A DNA stretch of 64,000 bases from a virus (lineage: Duplodnaviria > Caudoviricetes), in the IMG/VR virus record IMGVR_UViG_3300027819_000006. The stretch is one strand, 5' to 3'. Below the pieces are notes generated by a model, which saw only the letters and a list, made by a program, of their open reading frames with translations, ran no database searches and was not told the origin of the DNA. Shown here piece after piece: positions 51,147-59,028 of the stretch (position 1 is the stretch's first letter; every line of letters starts with the position of its first letter). The translations under genes were made by a program, and so were the position numbers.

Positions 51147-51908
51147 TTAAAATACAAGCTGTTGCGATTTATTAGGATTTCCCAAGCTTGTACTTGTACT
51201 TGAGATACTGCGAGAAATGAATGCACACAATTTAGCCAATTTACCAGGACTAGCCTCACCAACATCAATGTACTGAGTCAAATTAGCTTCATCTTTAAAC
51301 TTATTCAGCACGTAACTACAAATTCCATCTTGAGTGTTAATTCCTACTAGAACTGTGATCATTGACTCAAGCTTCTCTTCTTTTGTCACTTTTGCAACCT
51401 GATCTCTAATCATAGATGGAGTAACTCTTGAAGCATTATCTACACCATCAGTGATAATAAACATAATAGCATTTACAGTATAGTCTTGATCAGATAGCAA
51501 CTGTCCATATTTTACAGTGGAAGCTACTGCATCAAATGTGGCATCATATAGAGAAGTCATTCCTCCGCAGTTGAAAGGAAGATAATCTTTATCTACATCA
51601 ATTTCATTTAAATTCTTGAATCCATGAATCTCCTTTACTCCAATTCCAGAATTGAATTGGAGAGCTCGTACAAGAATATTTTCAGACTTTGGTGCTTTCT
51701 TGCAAGAATTGACTGCACTTTTAAGTGCATCTAAAAGATTGTTTGCAAATGGTTCTACTGAACCTGTAATATCTGTTACGATTGATACAAGAGTATATTC
51801 TGTTTCTGTTAGAGCATCAGGTCTGACAGCAGAGAATGTAAATGATCCATCTGCAGCTGTGAAATTCTGCATGCTACCATCTGCATTTTGATTAAGGAAC
51901 TTAGGCAT
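51147..51908 (-). CDS. von Willebrand factor A domain protein (TerY-like)
   Basis: DITGSV (MIDAS-like), GGMTSLYDA, FIITDG. Confidence 0.85.
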   Translation of the reverse strand: MPKFLNQNADGSMQNFTAADGSFTFSAVRPDALTETEYTLVSIVTDITGSVEPFANNLLDALKSAVNSCKKAPKSENILVRALQFNSGIGVKEIHGFKNLNEIDVDKDYLPFNCGGMTSLYDATFDAVASTVKYGQLLSDQDYTVNAIMFIITDGVDNASRVTPSMIRDQVAKVTKEEKLESMITVLVGINTQDGICSYVLNKFKDEANLTQYIDVGEASPGKLAKLCAFISRSISSTSTSLGNPNKSQQLVF

Positions 51909-52284
51909 TTTGTTCTTCTCCTTTTTGTTTATCTGCTAGTTCAATAGCTTTTAAATAGCGGTTAATAGCTTTATCTGAGTCTAATAAATATGAAGTATGT
52001 GAATCTTTGTCATATTGAATAGACACCGCTTCTACTTCATATTTATTAACTTTTACTGCTCCATCATTCGATGAATAATCATTTAAATTCTTATTCAAGA
52101 CTGTCATAGCATACAAATTCAAAGGATCTAGTCTACCATTTTTATTTGTAAATGTTCCAACTAGTAGTTTTTCATGTTTAGGATCAAGATTTTGTGGAAG
52201 TCTGTCATCCCTAACATCTTCTAGAAACTTGATCACCTTATTCCAATTCTTGTGTAAATTCTTTACTTTCATTTTTAGCTCCAA
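51901..52284 (-). CDS. hypothetical protein (paralog of next ORF)
   Basis: EKLLVGT..NKN...DP..L and YLL...KAI.R.LK shared with 52275..52607. Confidence 0.6.
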   Translation of the reverse strand: MELKMKVKNLHKNWNKVIKFLEDVRDDRLPQNLDPKHEKLLVGTFTNKNGRLDPLNLYAMTVLNKNLNDYSSNDGAVKVNKYEVEAVSIQYDKDSHTSYLLDSDKAINRYLKAIELADKQKGEEQNA

Positions 52285-52607
52285 TCATTTTTAAAAGAAT
52301 CTATTACTTTTAACATTCTCTTGATAGCTTTTTCTCTTGGTAATAGATAGGGCATCTTTGTCATACCATCATAATCATGGAACATACTTGAAAAATCAAA
52401 TTCAAAATCTACTATATGAAATGATTCATTTCTAATGTCTTCATAACTATATCTCATCTTTTCATGAAGAAATAGACCAATTGGATCTACTTTATTGTTT
52501 TTATTGCACCATGTCCCTACAAGAAGTTTTTCTGGCATAGAATCATCATTCTGAACTTTTACAAGAAAATTTCTGAATTGCTTTAGAGTTACTCTTTTAG
52601 ATTTCAT
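52275..52607 (-). CDS. hypothetical protein (paralog of previous ORF)
   Basis: Same shared motifs. Confidence 0.6.
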   Translation of the reverse strand: MKSKRVTLKQFRNFLVKVQNDDSMPEKLLVGTWCNKNNKVDPIGLFLHEKMRYSYEDIRNESFHIVDFEFDFSSMFHDYDGMTKMPYLLPREKAIKRMLKVIDSFKNDWS

Positions 52608-52619
52608 TTTTGTATCTTT

Positions 52620-53411
52620 CTATTTTAGAAATTTATCATGAGTAGTTAAATTAAGTCCTCTTTTTACTAGTGAATCTAAAACTTTATTTGTATTATCCTC
52701 AAATCCAGGAATAATAGAACAACAATCTTTCACTAGATGTATTTTTTGAATATTCTCTTCTCCAAAATTGGCACAAATGTCGATCAAACTATACAATACG
52801 CAATGTGATAAAGCTTCGCCATAGAACCCAATTACATCGGCTCTCTGTAAAGTCTCAATTAATCTAACATTTAATTGAGTTGAGGGATCGTTTGAGTCAG
52901 GGACATCTGCAACCAACACACCAAAATGTTCCGTCGTGTAGTTGCTCCCCTTGGTAACGTAATCTACCATAGCAACTCCTTTTTCCCATTCAAGAAGCTG
53001 TTCTGCTACTGGAGAGATAACTGTAGCTCCGACGGACCCTATGAGGCAATGCGGTGGCCAAATACAAAGTTTATATCTGCCATTCTTTGCCAATGTCTCA
53101 GTATATGTTAGCATCTTTTGTGTTTCAGCAGGATTTGAAGGTTTCCATACTCCATTTTTTACATCTTCATAAGAAATAATAGTAAATGGATTCGGATGAT
53201 TTCCTTTTGAGTCTACCCAGAAAATAGGATGTGCTACGTCGTAGAAATGATGAGTATCTAGCGTTACATGGTAGTCATCTACTCTGTCTCGAATTCTTTC
53301 CATCATTTTAACCATTCTCAAAACATCTTGATCAGCACCAGGAACAAATAGCTCTCCACTTGGTGAACAAAATGATACCTGTGTGTCGATCATTAAACAT
53401 TCTATTTTCAT
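52620..53411 (-). CDS. pncA: Nicotinamidase (isochorismatase family)
   Basis: IDTQVSF, TLDTH, WPPHC, TKG, GEALSHCV. Confidence 0.85.
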   Translation of the reverse strand: MKIECLMIDTQVSFCSPSGELFVPGADQDVLRMVKMMERIRDRVDDYHVTLDTHHFYDVAHPIFWVDSKGNHPNPFTIISYEDVKNGVWKPSNPAETQKMLTYTETLAKNGRYKLCIWPPHCLIGSVGATVISPVAEQLLEWEKGVAMVDYVTKGSNYTTEHFGVLVADVPDSNDPSTQLNVRLIETLQRADVIGFYGEALSHCVLYSLIDICANFGEENIQKIHLVKDCCSIIPGFEDNTNKVLDSLVKRGLNLTTHDKFLK

Positions 53412-54295
53412 ATTAGTCTCCATATTAATTTAACTTCATCTTCCCAGACTCTAACTATTCTATCTATAACCATTGTTTTTAGCAACATTATTTTTATTAT
53501 GATCACTGGCAATTCTCTCTTTCCAGTTAAATGGTTTTTATATCCCTCTCTACAATGCCAATAATTTCCATCTACTTCTATAAGTATATTATAATCAATT
53601 AATAAAAAATCATAAACACTATACCTATTAGTGATTTCATCTAATATAAAGAATTGTTTTTTAAAATTTATGTTACACTCTATAAGCAGCTGCTCCATTT
53701 CTAATTCACATTTAGTAGTTTGATATTTTCGATTGCATAAAGATTTAGCAGCAGATAAAGATCTTTTAGCTTTTTCTTCTTCACCCATTACTCTACCTTT
53801 AGTTGTAATACCTCCATCTTGATAAAATTTTTTCAAACCCTCTGATATTTTATTTTTTGTTTCATCAGAACTAATTCTTTCAAAATTCCAGTGTAATTCA
53901 CCAGTTAACCCTTTATTAAATTGTGTTTCAGATATCTTATTGTTTCTTTCTATCCACATCTGCTCAGCTATTTCTATTCCATGTTTTAGAATCCAAATAT
54001 CTAAAACAGATTTTTCAAAAGTTCCATTTCTAGATCCAGAACTTGCACACTTTCTACATCTTACTCCTGCACTCTTTACTTGATTTTCACAATTTTCTTC
54101 TATACAATAATATATACGATGTTTAGGACATTTAAATTCTCCTTTTAAAATTGATTTTTGATATACTCTAGAAGTGCAGTTTTCTTCTGAACAATACGTG
54201 CTATTTACTGCTGAATGATATCCACAAGTGTTTTGGCCTTTTTCAACAGCACGTACACTAGCTTCATTATTGCATTTATCAACGACACATTTCAC
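53408..54295 (-). CDS. Cys-rich/NUMOD3 + Vsr endonuclease
   Basis: GTG start after GGAG; TKCE, YDFLLID, IEVDGNYWH, RVWE, LIWRLI*; compensating indels near 53460-53520. Confidence 0.8.
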   Translation of the reverse strand: MKCVVDKCNNEASVRAVEKGQNTCGYHSAVNSTYCSEENCTSRVYQKSILKGEFKCPKHRIYYCIEENCENQVKSAGVRCRKCASSGSRNGTFEKSVLDIWILKHGIEIAEQMWIERNNKISETQFNKGLTGELHWNFERISSDETKNKISEGLKKFYQDGGITTKGRVMGEEEKAKRSLSAAKSLCNRKYQTTKCELEMEQLLIECNINFKKQFFILDEITNRYSVYDFLLIDYNILIEVDGNYWHCREGYKNHLTGKRELPVIIIKIMLLKTMVIDRIVRVWEDEVKLIWRLI

Positions 54296-54317
54296 TTTTC
54301 TTCTCCATAAATAAATA

Positions 54318-54398
54318 TGCCAAGCTGTGTACTCCAAAATAGACTGTTAAGTCTAAAGGCAGCTTGGCAATAGATTTATGAATCTATTTTGGAGTACA
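54318..54398 (-). promoter_or_regulatory. Structured two-stem leader, copy 6
   Basis: Inverted repeats 54318-54327/54360-54369 and 54328-54343/54383-54398; inner TAGAC-N6-GTCTA hairpin. Confidence 0.82.
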
Positions 54399-54518
54399 AT
54401 ATAAATATATTTGACAGAGAAGAAAAGACACTACATTGTAAAACTCCTTTTATTTGGTTGGTTGTTTTGATCTGTCTATTCTATATAATATTTGAGTATA
54501 GTTTTATAAACTCTATTT

Positions 54519-55763
54519 TTACAAAACCCTCTTAAGATTAGAGTTTGGTCTTGGACCTCTACCAACTTTATGGACTTCTGTCATAGTATCAATTGTATCT
54601 CCTACAGCTACAACATCCGCGCCGGCCATTCTCATATGCTCATCCCATGAACATTCTCCGCAGCCAATCCCGTCAAATAGCTTCCAGTCTTCTCCCCAGA
54701 ATTCCTGGCACAATTTCTCATATTCTAAAAATGCTTTTACTTTTTCTATATTGCCAAAACCTGAAGATAGCAAAATCTTTACATGTGGGAATCCACTGAA
54801 ATTTAGAGTATTTCTCAATCTATGAACTCCAATTGCTGCAACTCCTTTGCATAGATAGAATTTATTGTAGTCATTCACATCATCAAATGGCAAGAATCCA
54901 TTATCATACAAAATACCTTGCATGAAATTTTCACCACAAGTATCTACTCTTACATAGTCTAAATTGCTTCCTACTTTATCTAAACATTTAGCAGTATCCA
55001 GTGAGTCTGAATATTCATGATTGTTATAATCTATTAGAGCAATTCTTGGTACAGATTTATCAATGTGCTTATCAAATGCTAGAGTTGAATTTACTACAGC
55101 ATTTTCCATTCCATATTTCCAAGCATAAATATTTTCTAGTGCATGTGGAATAGTTCCTACTCCCAACTTATTTTCATCTGCTGCACCAATATCTGTAGAA
55201 CAATCATCTGCTCCACCATCAAATGCAGCCTTTGCAATTTCAGCATCCAATTCCCAGCCCCAATGTCTAGCACCCATGTAGATGAGTTTTCTATCTTTGC
55301 CAATAAGCTCTCTAATTTCTGAGAATGTCTGAAAAGTATTATCTAATATATGTTTTTCTACATATTTCTTATGCTCATCATAATGAGCTTGCTGAATATC
55401 ACTATTTATAGCATGCAGATAATTGCATGAAGCATGTAGAGTAGTTTCTCTTGAAATTACTCCAAGGTACATTGTTTCCAACTCAATAATATCTTGAATT
55501 TTAGCTTCAATGATCATGCAAGTTTCTTTTGGAGCATAATTATCTCCTTCAGATAAAGAATATATTCTTGCATCTGTCAGCTTTGAATATTTTTGTAGAA
55601 TTTCAAGAGCTTCATTTAAGCCATGTATCTGGTTATTGTTAGATTTTCTCACAAATACTTGCATTCTGACAAATGGATTGAGATTATCAGCTTTTAGAAT
55701 CTCATTTGATCTGAGAAAATATTTGTCTGTATATGGACGATGATCAATTTGCAAATTGAACAT
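54519..55763 (-). CDS. pncB: Nicotinate phosphoribosyltransferase-like protein
   Basis: TDKYFLRS, MGARH, GTIPHAL, LIDY, VRVDT, LLSSG, DGIG. Confidence 0.78.
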   Translation of the reverse strand: MFNLQIDHRPYTDKYFLRSNEILKADNLNPFVRMQVFVRKSNNNQIHGLNEALEILQKYSKLTDARIYSLSEGDNYAPKETCMIIEAKIQDIIELETMYLGVISRETTLHASCNYLHAINSDIQQAHYDEHKKYVEKHILDNTFQTFSEIRELIGKDRKLIYMGARHWGWELDAEIAKAAFDGGADDCSTDIGAADENKLGVGTIPHALENIYAWKYGMENAVVNSTLAFDKHIDKSVPRIALIDYNNHEYSDSLDTAKCLDKVGSNLDYVRVDTCGENFMQGILYDNGFLPFDDVNDYNKFYLCKGVAAIGVHRLRNTLNFSGFPHVKILLSSGFGNIEKVKAFLEYEKLCQEFWGEDWKLFDGIGCGECSWDEHMRMAGADVVAVGDTIDTMTEVHKVGRGPRPNSNLKRVL

Positions 55764-55965
55764 TGGAACTCCTTTCTAACTTTTTATGCATGAAATCTAA
55801 AAAGTTTAAATATAGCGCCATAAACATTTCTCTTTCACTTAAATTTTTTAGAAAATCATTATTAGTTAATGAAAGAGTTTTAGAGAATTCATCTGCATAT
55901 AGAGTTAAATTTTTTAGATAATTTTCTACGAAAACATTTGGTTGTTCTTTTGGTGTTGAGTGCAT
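55744..55965 (-). CDS. hypothetical protein
   Basis: 73-aa ORF directly after a promoter. Confidence 0.45.
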   Translation of the reverse strand: MHSTPKEQPNVFVENYLKNLTLYADEFSKTLSLTNNDFLKNLSEREMFMALYLNFLDFMHKKLERSSNVQFAN

Positions 55966-55982
55966 TAGTTTACTCTATAGTT

Positions 55983-56011
55983 AATATAACAAATTAGACA
56001 TCGAAAGTAAA
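55983..56011 (-). promoter_or_regulatory. sigma70-like early promoter
   Basis: TTTACT-17-TATATT. Confidence 0.65.
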
Positions 56012-56058
56012 CAGATATTTCGTAAATAATCAAAATTATTGTATTTATTTACTTTGAC

Positions 56059-57312
56059 ATGTATATTTATAATATGGAAACAAAAATGCTAATAGTAGAG
56101 AAACATATAATAGATAAAAATCATAAACAATGGAAAACTATTGATAATTTATGCTTGTTATCTAAAAATCTATATAATCGAGCTCTGTTTCTTATAAATG
56201 AACACTATGAAAAAGAATGTAAATTTTTAAGATACAGCAAGTTAGATAAATATATTAGAGAAACTGACAAAGAACTGTATTGTGCTCTGCCAAACAACAC
56301 ATCTCAAAGAATAATAATCAAACTAGATCAGAATTTCTTAAATTTCTTTGCTGCTTTAAGATCTTGGAAAAAAGATAAGTCAAAATTTTTAGGATGCCCA
56401 AGACCTCCAAAATATAAAGAGAAAAATGGTAGAAATTTACTTATATTTACTACTAGACAAGCCAAAATTAAAGAAGGATATATTCATTTTCCTAAAAGGA
56501 CTGGTTTGCAGCCCATTAAAACAAATGTGAAAAAACTCTGTCTAGTCGAAATCGTACCTCAAGCATCTTGCTATATAGTGAGTATAATGTATGAAAAAGA
56601 AATTTTAGATCATAAATTGAATAAAGATAATTACTTAGGAGTAGACTTAGGAATAAATAATTTAGCAACAATTACTTCAAATCAGCCTGGATTAAGTCCA
56701 ATTCTGGTTAATGGTAGAATTTTAAAATCTATCAATAGTTACTACAATAAGAAAAAAGCTAAACTTCAGTCTAGTTTAGAGAAGAATCATAAAAAAAAGA
56801 CTAGTAATAGAATTAAAAAATTAGCTCTAAAAAGAAATAATAAAATAGAATATTATATGCATCATGTTTCAAAATTTATTGTTACTCACTGTATACAAAA
56901 CGATATTAGCAATATAGTTATAGGTTATAATGAGGGTTGGAAACAAGAAGTGAATATGAGTAGAAAAAATAATCAAAATTTTACAATGATTCCATTCTTA
57001 AAGCTAATAAATCAGATCAAATATAAAGCTAAATTAAACTCTATTGAAGTTATAGAAATGGAAGAATCTTATACTTCTAAATGCTCAGCATTAGATTTAG
57101 AATCTATTGAGAGACATGAAGAATATATTGGAAAAAGAGTAAAAAGAGGTCTGTTCCAATATTCAAAAGGTCTCATTAATGCTGACGTCAATGGTTCTCT
57201 AAACATTCTCAGAAAAGTAATTGGCAATGATTTTATAAATCTAGTCAATATAGGCTGTGTTAGTCAACCAGTGAAGATCGATTTTTCACAAACAAGAGCA
57301 ATCTTGAGCTAA
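56059..57312 (+). CDS. tnpB: TnpB (IS605/IS1341 OrfB family), the only long plus-strand gene
   Basis: SKNLYN, PPKYK, LGVDLGINN, IVIGYN, EESYTSKCS, NADVNGSLNI. Confidence 0.92.
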   Translation: MYIYNMETKMLIVEKHIIDKNHKQWKTIDNLCLLSKNLYNRALFLINEHYEKECKFLRYSKLDKYIRETDKELYCALPNNTSQRIIIKLDQNFLNFFAALRSWKKDKSKFLGCPRPPKYKEKNGRNLLIFTTRQAKIKEGYIHFPKRTGLQPIKTNVKKLCLVEIVPQASCYIVSIMYEKEILDHKLNKDNYLGVDLGINNLATITSNQPGLSPILVNGRILKSINSYYNKKKAKLQSSLEKNHKKKTSNRIKKLALKRNNKIEYYMHHVSKFIVTHCIQNDISNIVIGYNEGWKQEVNMSRKNNQNFTMIPFLKLINQIKYKAKLNSIEVIEMEESYTSKCSALDLESIERHEEYIGKRVKRGLFQYSKGLINADVNGSLNILRKVIGNDFINLVNIGCVSQPVKIDFSQTRAILS

Positions 57313-57316
57313 AGGT

Positions 57317-58438
57317 TTATTTTGAAACTTTAATAGCAATAACTCTATCATCCCATATACCCCCTCTAACTTCTTCTATAGTTTTAGAGTTCAAGTATGA
57401 TAAGCAGCTTCGAAGCCCATTGCTGAACCTATGAACTACATCTACAACAGATTCTCCAGTATATGGAACTAATGTTTCTTTACCTTCGACAAATAGATTC
57501 TCTTTATTGCCATCCCATAGATCATATTCTTCAACTACTTCTTTTGAAGCCATACCTCTAAATTTTTTGAATTTACCAGTAATATGTTCCCCTGGTGGTA
57601 ATCTATTATAATCAGCCTGAGCTTCTATTCGCGTTCTTCCACTTAAATATTGAATTTTATCAAATATTTCTCCTGGTGTTTCTTTACATCCTGCAAATAT
57701 TCCACCACAAATTACAGCATCAGCACCAGCAACAATTGCTTTTGTCAAATCTCCAGGTTCTCTGATTCCGCCATCTAAAAGTATAGATGGACGACCGGGG
57801 TTCTGTCTAATATCATCTTGAGCCAATTGCCAGTTTCTAACAGCTTTCCAAGCATAATGTAGAGCAGTTACTGGAGGGCATCCGATTCCCGTAGTAGAAG
57901 AAGTAAGACAAGCGCTGCCCGTGCCCACAGAATGTCTAACCGAATCTGCACCTATAGATATAGCTCTTGATACAGATTCTTTTGTTAAAGTATTTCCAAT
58001 TGTTACATCTGTATGTGGATAATTTTCTTTAAACCAAATTGTGAAATCTCTAACCTTGTCCATTAATCCATTAGCACAATCTAAAACAAATAGATTAGGT
58101 GTGCAAACTGACCATAGAGCAGATATTCTCTTTTCATAATCTTTCAGCCCAATTGCTACATAGCATTTACCAGACTGTTTCTTTATTTGCTCTGCTTTAT
58201 CTACTTGCTCTTCTATAGGCATGAATCTGTGTAAAATACCTGCAGCTCCCATACTATTCATTGCCACACAAGACTCTACACTAGAAACTGTATCCATTGG
58301 AGACAGAATTAATGGATAGTCTATTTCTATATTTCTAGAAAGTTTTGTTTTCAGAGATACTTCTTTTCTAGAATTTATAGAAGAGAAGCGAGGTAGAATC
58401 TGGATATCTGAGAATCTCAGTCCTTCATATATGCTCAT
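57317..58438 (-). CDS. guaB: IMP dehydrogenase / GMP reductase
   Basis: SPMDTV, LDCANG, VGTGSACLT, LDGGIR, FRGMAS, VEG. Confidence 0.9.
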   Translation of the reverse strand: MSIYEGLRFSDIQILPRFSSINSRKEVSLKTKLSRNIEIDYPLILSPMDTVSSVESCVAMNSMGAAGILHRFMPIEEQVDKAEQIKKQSGKCYVAIGLKDYEKRISALWSVCTPNLFVLDCANGLMDKVRDFTIWFKENYPHTDVTIGNTLTKESVSRAISIGADSVRHSVGTGSACLTSSTTGIGCPPVTALHYAWKAVRNWQLAQDDIRQNPGRPSILLDGGIREPGDLTKAIVAGADAVICGGIFAGCKETPGEIFDKIQYLSGRTRIEAQADYNRLPPGEHITGKFKKFRGMASKEVVEEYDLWDGNKENLFVEGKETLVPYTGESVVDVVHRFSNGLRSCLSYLNSKTIEEVRGGIWDDRVIAIKVSK

Positions 58439-58460
58439 TTAATTCGCCTATAAAAAATTG

Positions 58461-58790
58461 TTAAAAAAAGTGTTTCACTAACATGAAAAATGAAGTGAAT
58501 ATAGATATTAATATGATAGATGCTAAAAGAAATACTATACCCCACTTAAACAGAAACAGAAATATTCTGAACAAGATAGGAATCCAAAACATTAAATGCA
58601 AAGTAATTATAGACCAAAAAGCTATACATATCGCTTGCCACTCTAAACTTCGAACAGCTTCTATTCCATGAGCAGGAACTTTAAAGACATATTCAAGAAT
58701 ACCCTCTGCAATCAGAAAAAATATAATGAATATAAAAATCTGTACTATTACTGAAACTATAGTCAGGAATTCTAAAATTTTTCTTATCAT
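58461..58790 (-). CDS. membrane protein
   Basis: Three hydrophobic helices. Confidence 0.55.
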   Translation of the reverse strand: MIRKILEFLTIVSVIVQIFIFIIFFLIAEGILEYVFKVPAHGIEAVRSLEWQAICIAFWSIITLHLMFWIPILFRIFLFLFKWGIVFLLASIILISIFTSFFMLVKHFF

Positions 58791-58832
58791 ATCAGTAACC
58801 CTTTGTTATAGATTGTTTAGTTCTTATAGTTA

Positions 58833-58861
58833 AATATAAACAATCTATGTTCAAATGTAAA
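58833..58861 (-). promoter_or_regulatory. sigma70-like early promoter
   Basis: TTTACA-17-TATATT. Confidence 0.75.
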
Positions 58862-59028
58862 TAAAAATTTTAGTCTGTATCATGTATTACGTACACTCCT
58901 AAAACCCAAGCAACTATGGATAAGAAAAGCCAACTATCAGAATGTTGAACATACAGAATCAATTTGCACAATACTGGCCATCCTAACATCCATAGAACTA
59001 GAGCAATCTTTTTCATTTTATCTCCGTT

